From assembly GCF_964355755.1 (NCBI RefSeq), contig NC_092671.1, forward strand, positions 26,734,070 through 26,798,069: DNA of 64,000 nucleotides, in the 5' to 3' direction. The notes beneath the pieces are model-generated. The model worked only from the letters and a program-made list of their open reading frames with translations. It made no database searches and was not told the DNA's origin. The DNA is from Antedon mediterranea. Its lineage: Eukaryota; Animalia; Echinodermata. This document shows, piece after piece, positions 51,201 through 64,000 of the stretch; the stretch's first letter is position 1; each line of letters opens with the position of its first letter. The translations under genes were made by a program, and so were the position numbers.

Positions 51201-51621
51201 GTCGTATTTTCATCTTTTGCGTCATAATTCATTACATTTAAAAGAGCGCGCCTCAATATTTCACGTATTCAAATTTCTTCTACACGCTAATATGTTGTTG
51301 CTGAGATAATTTCCTTTCGGAATTGCTACCTTCGCGTTTCATTTTAAAACCGTCAACATGTTAAAAATTGCAATAAATAGCGGGTCCGTAATTTCACCTA
51401 TTCTACACTGTATGTGATATGGATACAGATTATACTGTGTATACTATATATGAATTTAAATAATAAAATTCAGCAATAACAACATATCATATTCTTCAGT
51501 TCAGGTCATAATGCCAACGTGAACACTTCCTTTTGTCCTCAACCTATCCCCTTAATGTTAATGTTGCACCACTTGCGCGGCGGATAACCAAACTCGTCAA
51601 AGTGACGAGTTACATGTCTAG
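45241..51621 (+). mobile_element. Head-to-tail array of four ~1.55-kb Helentron/HINE-like non-autonomous elements
   Basis: 5' subTIR TTGGTTATCCGC with a local palindrome; 3' subTIR GCGGATAACCAA; hairpin AACTCGTC-aaagt-GACGAGTT; ends CTAG|T at 47005, 48568, 50090 and 51621; 5' head repeated at 45241, 45309, 45365 and 45438. Confidence 0.82.
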
Positions 51622-51873
51622 TTTCAATTAGAATTTTATAAAATCATGTATAAGTCACACTGTGCAAATCTGGCGTCATAAAAAAAAAGAAAAGTTTAAG
51701 AGAAACGTCGCAAACAAAATAGCAGAAAGAAAGAAGAATAGTAAAAAATATAACTTGTCATGTCAATCAACCAATAGGGAAAATATTTTGTAGCTGTTAT
51801 TTTGATTAATTTGTTTGTTACTAAGATGAACCTGTTTTTTAATTATATATTATTAATTAATGTATACCTGTAG

Positions 51874-51981
51874 GAACAATTTGGGGATGTTCAAGATAAA
51901 CTGGACAGATGTAAACGGGAACTGAAAAGGGTCAAAGGTCGTGAAAAAGAAATTGAAACAAAATTGAATGACAATAATGAG
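51874..51981 (+). CDS. CEP290: CEP290 exon
   Basis: tgtag|GAA...GAG|gtatga; EQFGDVQDKLDRCKRELKRVKGREKEIETKLNDNNE; coiled-coil, in phase. Confidence 0.8.
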
Positions 51982-52534
51982 GTATGAATTCACAAAGAAA
52001 AAAGTTCAAAATAAAGTGATAAATTTTGTTTGGGAAACAATATTGCTTTGTTTAAATTTTCTTAGGATTACATGATATTTCTGAGGATAAACTTATTTGA
52101 GCCTCTTACATCAGTTCTTGAATTATATGCACATGTGTCATTCAGTTTCTACATTAAATACTGGAGATTGTGCCTTAGTTTATTTAAATTCTGATTTTCA
52201 AGAAAGTTAAGGCTGTGTTCACACAGAATTATTGTACGCTGATCTGAAAACCAGAAGCTATATACTGTTTTAAGTTAATCTTAATCATATCCTAGTTACA
52301 ACAGACGTTTGTAGGTGTTTTTGTGATCGCAGTTTAAACTCTTTTGGTATAACTTGCTGTCATACTACTATACTCATACTCTATATCAAAGAACCAACAT
52401 GTTTGAACTTTGAACTTATTGATCTAGACAAAAGGCTGCACATGGAAAACAGAATGTATATTATGTAATAGTTTACACAGCTTTAGTACTGTTATTGTCA
52501 TTAACACAATTTACATGGCAGGTGTACATTTTAA

Positions 52535-55500
52535 GAGCCATTGTCTGTAAGAATCAAAGAAATATCAAAAAGAGTGGCAGACTCAAAAAAATCTACAAGC
52601 AGTGTTGCGAGAAACATAGGCATTTTTATAAAAAAAAAACATGATATATTAGTAAAAACATTTTATTTTCTTTGATTATTTGATTTGAAACTCATTGGTC
52701 AGAAAATTCTTAATGTTTTATATAGTTCTAATTGTGTTGTGAGAAAAAAAAAATATTTTTAATTATAGATTCTGTAATTCCCAGTTTTAATGTCATTTTA
52801 TAGGTTATATCCTCTGGAAATTTGAATAAATTATCAGATCGTTGTGAATTTTAATCTTTGCAACAGATTACTCCTCTCTTATTTTGAAGCTCCTCTTTCA
52901 TTTGTTTACTTCTTTTATTTGCTAACCTAAGCAGATCCCACATGCCCATCCACCACCACTTTCGACTACCACCCCTCCTCCCCCCCCTCCCCCCCCCCCC
53001 CCCCCCCGACAATAACCACAAAAAGATAAACTGCAACACACTTTGGTCGATCATCCACTATAGAGTGTCAAATGCATGCATTCAAGCACCACCCACACTG
53101 CCGCTACCATCATAGATAGGACATAAAGTTAAGTTTTTAGACCCTCGCCTTCAACCCCCTAACTATTTCAAAGTCCTGGATCCACCACTTTCCCCTCCCC
53201 AAAATAGAACCAATCAAAAGTCAATGATATACTCAGGTATGTTAATGCTACATAACAAATATTGAAGCCCTGATGTGAAATTTCATTTCATTTAAGGTCA
53301 GCATGTAAAATATCACACTTTTTTTTATTAAATATTGGTTGTAAATTCTATATTTTTTTACTGTGATGGTTGGATTCAGTATTAATTAATAATTATCTGA
53401 TAATTATTTAATTTCCCTTAGTTATGCATAGCAACAGTTACTATGGTAACTAAAATTGAAATATTCTTTAGATTTTGCATTATCTTATACAAATTTAAAT
53501 TTGTAGATTATTAGCAGGCATGCCTTATTTGCATTTTGAAATTACCGTTTCACAAGGTCATATTCGTAAGCACTTTCTTCTGTGATTATTTTTATTCTTG
53601 AAAACCCCATATTTTATTTACAGCGGGCACCTCCCGTAAGCGGCCACTTCCCTTAACGGACGCACTTTGAAAAGCCTGTTTGTTCTTCCTATCTAATTAG
53701 TGCATTTGATGCTTACCGTAAGCAGCTGCGGGCACCTTTTTATATACTAAAAATGAGATTTTTTGTAATCGGCCAATCGAAAAATGTGATACTTATTGCA
53801 TGGACCTATGAATTAGAGGTGCATGTTTATTGTATTTCTTTATATATTAGCTTTATTTTGAAGAGGTTTTAAAAACATTACTGTGAAGAGATGAGAAAAC
53901 TACACAGATTTTGACCAACCATTTTTCATATGATAAAAGCTTTTAAAATGTGTCTGAAAATGCTAAAAAATACTAAACCACCTGATTATAAATAATAATA
54001 GGCCTACAATTATCTGGAAAATTGAGAGGCTCGTTTCGTTAAGAATATCGTATATAGCCATAATACGTGATTTTGGCCCTTTATCGGCAGAACCTCCCGT
54101 AAGGGGTCACCGCCCGTAAGTAGTCATGAAACCCCATATTGAAAATATTGTACTTGGTTACGTATAGAAACAGTTGCTACAATACACTATAGGTAAAATG
54201 TTGATGTCATTTGACCTCAATATGTAAAATTTTTTTTTTTTTCATGAAAACTCCATATTTAATTTTTTTTTAAATATCCTTAGTTACGTAAACAGGCTTA
54301 AGATAACACTAAATGTCAATTTTTTACCTTTAATCAGATTTGTCAAGACTTTCTTTCTGAGATTATTAGGATTCAGTATTTAAAGTAAATTTGGCAAAAA
54401 GTAGAAATGTAAAACCAGGGAGTTACAACTCCCTGGTAAAACTATGTAGAAAAAAGGTTTTGTATTTATGAAAAACCCCTTATTTTTTTGAAATTTTCGC
54501 ATAGAAACAGTTACTATGGTAAAATGTTGACCTCATTTGACCTCAAAATGAATGAATTTACAAGGTCAAGTTTGTCATTAATAGAATGCAGTAGAAGTAA
54601 AATTGAGAAAAATTACAAATGCAATCAATTATTTGTATTATAAAAACGCCATTTCTTAAGTTTTTAAAAAAATTACTTTCCTTAGTTACACATAGAAATG
54701 GTTGCTAAGGTAACACTATAGGTAAAAAATGAAAATTGTTGAGAATTTTTATGAACTATCTTGTAAATTTTGATCAAACATTAATAGTTGTAGTAAAGTG
54801 GGGACCTGTCCTGTTTTGCATTCTGACCCCTTTTGACCTCAAATAACCTATTTACAAGGTCAGATTTTTTGGGAGGTCTTTCTGTATCTCTTTACACAAA
54901 ATAGATTTAAAAATTTATAAAAACCATTGACGCAATTATTTCAAAGTTTAACATAATTTTCCATCAACTAAATATTTCAATGCAAAATACTGTTTTTCTG
55001 GCAATTAATTGAAATAAATCTGGCAACACATTCTCCTATTTTATCTAAACTATTCGTATGACTCTAGTAGCATTATGACAAGCCACATATACATTTTATT
55101 AGCCATATTTAAATTGTGTTTCATGTGTTTTGTTTGTTGATATTTTGTTTGTATTTTTTTTGTATTTTTCGTATTTTCCTGGCAACACAAAACCTATGTA
55201 CGAAATTTACCCCAGTGTTTTTTTCGTGGTTATTGTTGACAAACCTATTGACTATCAAATTAAAAAACCTCATTAATTTAAAAACACCACTTTGGAAGTT
55301 ATAGGTACGTTTATGAGGTATACTTTTATAAAAAAAAATATTTGTTTAAAACACCCCTTTTTAAAATAATGGTACCAACCAAACTCCATTTTGTATTTTT
55401 TTTTTCTACATTAAATGGAACTCAATACATTTTGTTTACACTGCTATAAACAAAAACTGTATACTGTAAGTATTTTTGGTTAAAATAAGTATACAAGTTT

Positions 55501-55709
55501 GTACTTTTTCACTATAGAAAATCTGTGAAAAAATGGCAAAAACATCAACATTTTGATAATTGACCGTTGTCATGGCAACGGAGGCTAAAAATTAAAATGA
55601 ATGTTGTAGATATGCTTTTTATTGAAATGTCTATTCATGGTAAAAATTTGAGAGAAATCCATTTTTTTACATCTGCCACCAAATCTTTGATTTTTACAGA
55701 CAATGGCTC
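52535..55709. mobile_element. 3.2-kb non-autonomous TTAA-targeting TIR element (Sola3- or Kolobok-like)
   Basis: TTAA|GAGCCATTGTCTGTAAGAATCAAAGA...TCTTTGATTTTTACAGACAATGGCTC|TTAA. Confidence 0.78.
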
Positions 55710-55748
55710 TTAAGTCTTTGGCAATTTTTTCTTATTGCTAAATATTAA

Positions 55749-56663
55749 CCAATGCATGATAAGGGTTGGGATGTGATGTAAATATCTTGTAGTCCATGGG
55801 ATTTAGCTAAACAATTACCCCAATGCATGATAAGGGTTGGGATGTGATGTAAATCTCTTGTAGTCCATGGGATTTAGCTAAAAAATTACCCAATGCATGA
55901 TAATGGTTGGGATGTGATGTCAATCTCTTGTAGTCCATGGGATTTAGCTAAAAAATTACCCCAATGCCTGATAATGGTTGGGATGTGATGTCAATCTCTT
56001 GTAGTCCATGGGATTTAGCTAAACAATTACCCCAATGCATGATAAGGGTTGGGATGTGATGTAAATCTCTTGTAGTCCATGGGATTTAGCTAAAAAATTA
56101 CCCAATGCATGATAATGGTTGGGATGTGATGTCAATCTCTTGTAGTCCATGGGATTTAGCTAAAAAATTACCCCAATGCCTCATAATGGTTGGGATGTGA
56201 TGTCAATCTCTTGTAGTCCATGGGATTTAGCAAAAAAATTACCCCAATGCATGATAATGGTTGGGATGTGATGTCAATCTCCATGGGATTTAGCTAAAAA
56301 ATTACCCCAATGCATGATAAGGGTTGGAATGCGATGTAAATCTCTTGTAGTCCATGGGATTTAGCTAAACAATTACCCCAATGCATGATAAGGGTTGGAA
56401 TGTGATGTAAATTTCTTGTAGTCCATGGGATTTAGCTAAACAATTACCCCAATGCATGATAAAGGGTTGGAATGTGATGTAAATCTCTTGTAGTCCATGG
56501 GATTTAGCTAAACAATTACCCCAATGCATGATAAGGGTTGGAATGTGATGTAAATCTCTTGTAGTCCATGGGATTTAGCTAAACAATTACCCCAATGCAT
56601 GATAAGGGTTGGAATGTGATGTAAATCTCTTGTAGTCCATGGGATTTAGCTAAACAATTACCC
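55749..56663. repeat. ~71-bp minisatellite, ~13 copies
   Basis: Unit ccaatgcatgataagggttgggatgtgatgtaaatctcttgtagtccatgggatttagctaaacaattacc. Confidence 0.95.
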
Positions 56664-56932
56664 TTTTTGAAAACTAATTGCAAAAAGTTTTTTATATGAA
56701 ATAGGTATTCTGTATGGTCCAAAAAACCTATTTCATATAAAAAACCATTTCTTGCAATTAGTTAGATTTAAAAGTCAATTTCCCATTGACTATTGGTTAA
56801 GGAGGTATTTAAGTGGTATGAATTTGAGATTTATAATGTTTAAACCTGTTATAGGCAAACCATATGAGTTCTCCTTTATAATGTTATTAACTGTATAATG
56901 TTCTTTATTAATTTTGTTAATGGACTTTTCAG

Positions 56933-57028
56933 GAGATACGCAAGAAAAATGCATTAATCGATGATTTGAAGGATGAAAGAATAAGATTAAAAGCTGAAAT
57001 CGAGGAACTGGAAAAAGACACAGATTTG
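56933..57028 (+). CDS. CEP290: CEP290 exon
   Basis: ttcag|GAG...TTG|gtaggt; EIRKKNALIDDLKDERIRLKAEIEELEKDTDL. Confidence 0.78.
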
Positions 57029-57761
57029 GTAGGTAATAATATTAAATAATAAAGACAAAAATACTTTTTCAGGGTTGCCCTAAGGTTTCATTGCCCTGAC
57101 AATATTTTAACCAAGCCCACATGCTTTTTATAGTGATTTGAGTTTTAATTAGTTACAGTAGCCATAATAAGTTTTAGAGATATATTATTATGATTTACAA
57201 TTGCATATTTCTAAGTTTTGTATAAACAATGCACATTATTATACAAACACTTTTATATCCCTAGAATGTAACTGCTGTCAGTACCACTAATTTGATAAAT
57301 ATAATGCTTATCTCTTTTCAAAAGAACCATCAAGCAAGCAGCTGGTATACTTCATCTTGTAGAATGGATAACTTGCAATAAGCAAAACTAGAAAAATTCA
57401 ACGGTTATCTTTCCTACCACACCCTTATATAACTATAACATGGAAGTCTTCATTGTTATAAATCATATAATGATTAGGATTAGTGTACAATACTAGCTTG
57501 GAGAAACTTGATCTAAAATGAATTGTGGTTTAGGAATATTTATTACTTTAGGTTGCCCTTTGAGATGTAGGTAGTGAAATTCTAAATGCCCAACATGATT
57601 TTTTAATTGCCCAGGACATTTTTGCCAATGGGAATGTATTAGCTATACAGTAAATGAAAGATAACACATCAAAAAGAATGACTCATGAATCCAAAGAGTG
57701 CACAACAAAGTTTAAAATAATGGGTGGGCTTTTGACACCAGTGTGTTGAACAAAGAGCCAG

Positions 57762-58406
57762 CCCATAACAAAAAGTCTTAGTAGATATAGCTCTATATCT
57801 ATTAGCCTTATAAGTTATCGCCTTAATAGATATAGCTCTATAACTATCTAAGCACCTACTAATAAGTAGATTTTAGGCAGATTTTAGATAGGTCCTAATA
57901 GGTTTTACCTCATTAGCATAATTCAAAACCCCCATTAATAGTATTAGATAGATTTTTCACTATTTTTAATCTGTGAGTAACACAGTTGTATACATCTATC
58001 TATTGTCTACTTATAATAGCTATACCAAGGGCTACCAGCGACCTATTAATAGACATAAACAAACTGATAATAGCCAGTAACTGTTAATAAACTATCTATT
58101 TTATACAATAGATAGATATGGACTACCAGATAGCTATTAGAAATCTATGAGTATCATATCTATCAACTGTCTACTTATAATAGCTATACTATCAATAGAC
58201 TGTTAACAAATAATTAATAGCCAGTAACTATTAATCAACTATCTCTTTTTTATAGCTGGGAAGTAGTCATTCCATCGTTGACTCATTGAGTTAAAATCCT
58301 TAGTAGGCGAGATAAAAAGGTCTACTTAAAAACTATTAGGGCTACTAAAAATAGAACTATTTCTACTTACGACTACTTAAATCTACTAATTTTTTTTTGC
58401 TATGGG
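57762..58406. mobile_element. CMC/EnSpm-type MITE
   Basis: AG|CCCATAACAAAAA...TTTTTGCTATGGG|AG; 2-bp TSD; internal low-complexity subrepeats. Confidence 0.72.
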
Positions 58407-58945
58407 AGAGTATACTAATTCAATTGTCTGTCATGCAACATTTCATAGTTTATTTGTTGTTAAAACATTATACTTTAATGTGAAATGTTGACATTTTTTT
58501 TCTAATTTATATTAAATGAATATATTCCATCTGCACCAATAAATTGTCCAGTGACCACATATTGGTCTTGATAAGTTGTTGTTTATACTGGGTATGATTT
58601 CAATTTCTATAAAGCTACACAATATTTTACAATAATTATAATCAATGTTTTTTGTTTTTTTTTGGAAAGTTTTTTTTAAACTGGTACTGACTACTGGGTA
58701 TAGGACAATTATTTGTTTAAAATTACTTAATAAAATCTAGTTTGTTTTATCAACCTATGGAAAGGGCATATAGATATATTGAACAAACAAAGCAATATAT
58801 AATTTTATAAAAGAATTTACAGCGCATACTAAAATTAAAAGTAGTAATAATTATAACTTAAGTTACAACCTTTTGAAAAAGTAATTTTAAATTGATTTCT
58901 TTTAATATTTCATTAATCAAAATAATAATTCAATTGTTGGTTTAG

Positions 58946-59071
58946 AAACCTGTCCATGATGAAAACAGTACAAAGACAGTTGATTTGCAGAAGAAAATCC
59001 GAATTTTAGAACGGAAATTGAATGAAGTGGATACTAGTAAAGTCGAGAAAGGTACATCTAAGAAAGAAGAG
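58946..59071 (+). CDS. CEP290: CEP290 exon
   Basis: tttag|AAA...GAG|gttagt; KPVHDENSTKTVDLQKKIRILERKL... Confidence 0.78.
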
Positions 59072-60551
59072 GTTAGTATAAATATGATAAAGTATTTAAA
59101 TATTAAAATAATATATACTGGCCGAAGATATGATTCTGTACATTAATGCTGTGAATGTGAACATTGAATAGACACATTTGTTTCCACACGGATTTGTTCA
59201 AATTAAGTCATCAGCAAAATTGACCAAGAAAGGTCCAATAAAATCTGAGAGAAAACATGGCATGGATAAGCGAGATGCGCTTTATTGTGATGATCTATGA
59301 TGAAAGAGAAAAAATCCTATTTTAAAAATTCAGGTGGCCATATGATAACGTTACCAAATTTTGTATGCCAAATTGTACAAGAATTCATCTACAACTCATT
59401 GGCTTCCATGATGTAAGTTTAACAAAAATTGGGGATCCTCACCTTTCATTCTAAAGAGCTATAAGATTTAAAATTGACTAGCTTATCGATTTGAATAGCT
59501 TAGCATGAACATATGTTTTTATTTCACATTTTGATAAAAATGAAAGGAATTTATTATGTAGGGTTATCGATTTGAATAGCTTAGCATGAACATGTGTTTT
59601 TATTTCAAATTTTGATGAAAATGAATTTATTATGTAGTAGGGTGTGACTAACAATCAAGTGAAAAATTTACTTGCTGTTTTGACGTAGAATGTGCACAAA
59701 TATTTGTGTACAAATGTATTTTTTGTGTTTATATTGTATATTGACCCTTGACCTGAAGTTTATATAGTGAATTTTTGTAATTGATATCTGACAAGCAGTT
59801 ATAAAAATATGTTTGATATTTAAGCTGAATTCACAAATTGATGCCTTGATGACGTCACTGTTGAATGATCACGCTTAAAAGCTTATCATGGCCAATTTTT
59901 ATTGATGAGAAAAATTATTGAGATTCAATTTTTTTAGATAATTGGAGCACACAAATCTATACAGAAAGTAAAAAGAAGACTATGATTTCATATTACAATA
60001 ATAATATTTGATATTTTTTAAGATGACCTAAAAGTATGTGCATCACATCATAGAGATATTATAGTTCACTATAATATCTCTATGATCACATAAACCAACA
60101 AACCTTAAGGCATGAAATAATCTTGGAAGATTTTTATACAGAGGATATTTTTGTTGTATTATTTGCCCTGTGAGGTGTTTTCCCTAAATACAGTAATAAA
60201 TATAAAGCACAGTGTTCAGTTATATCGTTTATTATAGTTCCATGGTTCCAGCACAGCATACAAAGTTGTTATTGATAAATCACAAAAACATGTTTCATTG
60301 TATTCCTGCCCTGGGGGAGTGATTGTTCTATAACAAGGCTAATTCAACCATTTAGAAAATCGTGAAATTAGTATGTAAAATCTGTTACCAAGATGTGTTG
60401 TTCTTTTTTTAAATACGTATAAAAAAAAGAAGCAAAGAAATTTCCAAATTTTAACAATGCTAATTATTTATTGTGTCACCTAAATACATCATGTAGCTAT
60501 CAGAAATGAAATTTGTCCATAAAATCAGGAGCTGAGTTCCCCCTTTTTGAA

Positions 60552-60962
60552 ATTACAAACTACCTTTATATATCTATTACAAACTACCTTTATATATCTA
60601 TTACAAACTACCTTTATATATCTATTACAAACTACCTTTATATATCTATTACAAACTACCTTTATATATCTATTACAAACTACCTTCATATATCTATTAC
60701 AAACTACCTTTATATATCTATTACAAACTACCTTTATATATCTATTACAAACTACCTTTATATATCTATTACAAACTACCTTTATATATCTATTACAAAC
60801 TACCTTTATATATCTATTACAAACTACCTTTATATATCTATTACAAACTACCTTTATATATCTATTACAAACTACCTTTATATATCTATTACAAACTACC
60901 TTTATATATCTATTACAAACTACCTTTATATATCTATTACAAACTACCTTTATATATCTATT
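60552..60962. repeat. 24-bp minisatellite, ~17 copies
   Basis: Unit attacaaactacctttatatatct. Confidence 0.97.
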
Positions 60963-63078
60963 TTTGTACAGACTATTAATACTATACATTAGAACCCTGT
61001 AGGACACTTTCGGGACACAAAAATGATGTGTAGAAAAAAACATATGTATATAAATGTATGCAAAAATGAACAATAATTAATTAAGAAATTCGGAAGAATT
61101 GAACATTTAGTAGGCAACATTTCATATCATAATTATTATCATAATATCATGCTATCCATTTTTGTATTAATAATTATTTGATGTTTTTTTGATGGAAACA
61201 AAATATTGTCCCTTTAATAGCGGTTGAATCAATCATTTGGCACACTCAAATGTGTCCATGTCTCCTTAATAATAGGGGTGTCCCTGAGTAGTGATTGTCT
61301 GTAGTGTTAAAACATACTGTATATTGTCCTATTTTCGTCAGAAAGTGTCCACTTAATAAGGGTGTCCAAAAGTGGGGTTTGTTCTACTGTATTTTTTGTA
61401 GCACGGAATCAGCCTGTAAATGTGTAGTATTTTGCTATGCACTTGCAAAAAAAGTCCCTGTGTATGTAAATTTATTATGATCATCTGATTTTTCCCAAAA
61501 TAATTTTATAGGTCATATTAAGTTAAGAAATATAAAATATGGGCCTTTCATGCATTACAAAGTGTTCATTTTGTATGTAATTAACTACTAGGCCTATATA
61601 AAACAAATCCGGACCTGGAAATACTAGTGAACACATGTAAAACTCAACAAAGGATTTGATTTTAAAACATGCTTCCTGCCTTGGGGCAAACCATGCAATT
61701 GCAAATCTAGCTCCATTGCTAAGTAAATAGAACTTCAAAACTCACCTTGTTGGTGTATTATTTTTTCTTTCTTCGCTAATAGTAATACATTTAATAACAG
61801 TCCGTTTTATGTTTTTTTTAATGTATTTTCCCACCTATTACTGTAAATGAAAATATGGTCATTGATCAACCAGTGTGGCCAGCGATGGAAACAAAATTAT
61901 GCTAGGTGGCAGCATAACATTATGCTAGGCACAATTATGGCCAAAATGGCACAAAAACAATGTACAGTATCAGAGGGTGTTATATGTTTTATGTACCACA
62001 AAAGTGAAAGGCAAAAAATATAAATTATATTATATTCAACATGTTTAAATAAAAAGCAATACAACAACATTTAACAGATGTTTATGTTTGCTATAAATTA
62101 ATGTTTTTTTATCCTATACAATAGCAAAAGATGCAGTTTTTCTTAACTTGAGAAAATTTATCAAATTAATGGAAAGATTGTAATTCATTAATTTCTTTTT
62201 TTTTATAGATATTACATCCATAAAAAACAAAGGAAAACCTTATACATCGCAACCTAAAATATTAATTTATAAAGGATGATTGGGAGTACGGTACATTGCA
62301 GGCTATGGTTTTAAATTACAACTATAATTATTCTCTTTTTACAACTATGAATTTGTTGAAAGGATGCATATTTTTTTCTTCCAATTTAGTTTCATTTGTT
62401 TATATGATTTTAATTATGAAACAGAACATTAGCACTTTTACATTTATAAGAAAACGCAACATATTACTGTATTTTTATTGGCCGATTACAGAAATCACTG
62501 CAGTGTGCGTCAATATGATTAAGACCTTGCCTGTTCTTTTCATTGTGAGAAAGATAATAATTCAATTTATGGTCATGTATTTCTGCAATTCTAGTAAGTA
62601 GTAGTAAGTTGGTTATCAGCCAATTATCGCTAACTGGGTAAAATCAAACTTTTCCAATTAATAACTATACTAGTTTGTTTGCTTGTGCTTATTTAAAAAC
62701 TCATTATCATCGATCTTCATAATTTTTTTAAATATTGGAAAAGCTGTTTTGTATTGGTGGTCTATTTATTTGTTTATGTATTTGTGGAAGTGTAATAAAT
62801 ATATTAAACTATTAAACTATTAAATACATGAATATAATTATGAACAAAAATAAAATAAATTAACTCTCTAAGTTCTAAGGAAGAGATAGATTTTGTATGG
62901 TTTTCCATTATACTGTTGCTATTCCACACTTACATATGAGGTATCAAAATGCACTGGCATTGGGCTTGAAACTAAACTACTACAGGTATTTTTGTTAGAT
63001 TATAAAGTAAAACTTATTTCAAGGATATGAACTTACTTCTAATTGTAAAAAAACCGATTTGAATCTTTACACTTATAG

Positions 63079-63221
63079 TCTGGCATTGAAGTTGCAAGGT
63101 GGGAAGAAAAGAAGAAATGGGAAAAAAGAGTTGAAAGTTTGCAGAGCAAATTAAAAGAAAAAGAAAAAGATACAGAAAAATTGAAGAAGAATAATGAAAT
63201 GTTAAAAGAAGCACTTAACAG
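63079..63221 (+). CDS. CEP290: CEP290 exon (last in window; gene continues)
   Basis: ttatag|TCT...AG|gtttgt; SGIEVARWEEKKKWEKRVESLQSKLKEKEK, matches the recalled CEP290 RWEEGKKW motif. Confidence 0.88.
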
Positions 63222-63429
63222 GTTTGTCTATTATATTGTACATAATTATAAATTAATATCAAATTATGCCTTATAACAATTTATGATTATATTTTTATAA
63301 TATATTCAAATAAAAAAAATGTTGTTTGCAAAAAAATCTTCCATTTTCCTTAACATTTTTTATTTTTTTTTGCATTTAAACATTTATTTACTTTCACTGA
63401 CAGTAAAAAAATAAAGAAGATACATAATA

Positions 63430-63952
63430 TGACAAAGTAACATTTAAAGAATGCTTGATGCCTATGAAGGAGGACATAAAATAAAGTGACATAGTAACAT
63501 TTAAAGAATGCTTGATGCCTATGAAGGAGGACATAAAATAAAGTGACATAGTAACATTTAAAGAATGCTTGATGCCTATGAAGGAGGACATAAAATAAAG
63601 TGACATAGTAACATTTAAAGAATGCTTGATGTCTATGAAGGAGGACATAAAATAAAGTGACATAGTAACATTTAAAGAATGCTTGATGCCTATGAAGGAG
63701 GACATAAAATAAAGTGACATAGTAACATTTAAAGAATGCTTGATGCCTATGAAGGAGGACATAAAATAAAGTGACATAGTAACATTTAAAGAATGCTTGA
63801 TGCCTATGAAGGAGGACATAAAATAAAGTGACATAGTAGCATTTAAAGAATGCTTGATGCCTATGAAGGAGGACATAAAATAAAGTGACATAGTAACATT
63901 TAAAGAATGCTTGATGCCTATGAAGGAGGACATAAAATAAAGTGACATAGTA
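63430..63952. repeat. 57-bp minisatellite, ~9 copies
   Basis: Unit aaaataaagtgacatagtaacatttaaagaatgcttgatgcctatgaaggaggacat. Confidence 0.97.
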
Positions 63953-64000
63953 TACAAATAATGAATGTTTATGAGTGCAATGGTACAAATAATGGCACGA

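Noticed and set aside
60513-61073. Three long ORFs (151-182 aa)
   Set aside because: Translations of a stop-free 24-bp minisatellite
63350-63988. 187- and 212-aa minus-strand ORFs
   Set aside because: Translations of a 57-bp minisatellite

Overview
AT-rich animal genomic DNA, probably from an invertebrate deuterostome such as an echinoderm (inferred from a Deu-type SINE and the repeat repertoire). The backbone is 16 internal coding exons (about 2.39 kb, about 796 codons, phase-consistent GT-AG junctions) of a CEP290 orthologue on the + strand; neither end of the gene is in the window. The introns are packed with mobile DNA. These include a 5'-truncated Penelope-like retroelement (RT + GIY-YIG) with three variant U3-A8 minimal hammerhead motifs, a second PLE endonuclease fragment with a canonical-core hammerhead, a Helitron with a paralogous empty site, a 4-unit Helentron-like tandem array, an RTE LINE fragment, many TIR elements with readable TSDs, and minisatellites. 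An intronless three-Ig-domain membrane-protein ORF is nested antisense in one intron. The most unusual object is a ~360-bp element bounded by (TA)n tracts. It carries an internal, fully base-paired tRNA-like cloverleaf (anticodon ATC) and occurs in tandem and inverted copies around the PLE fragment. All calls were made by eye, and family assignments and reference comparisons are from recalled knowledge, not searches.
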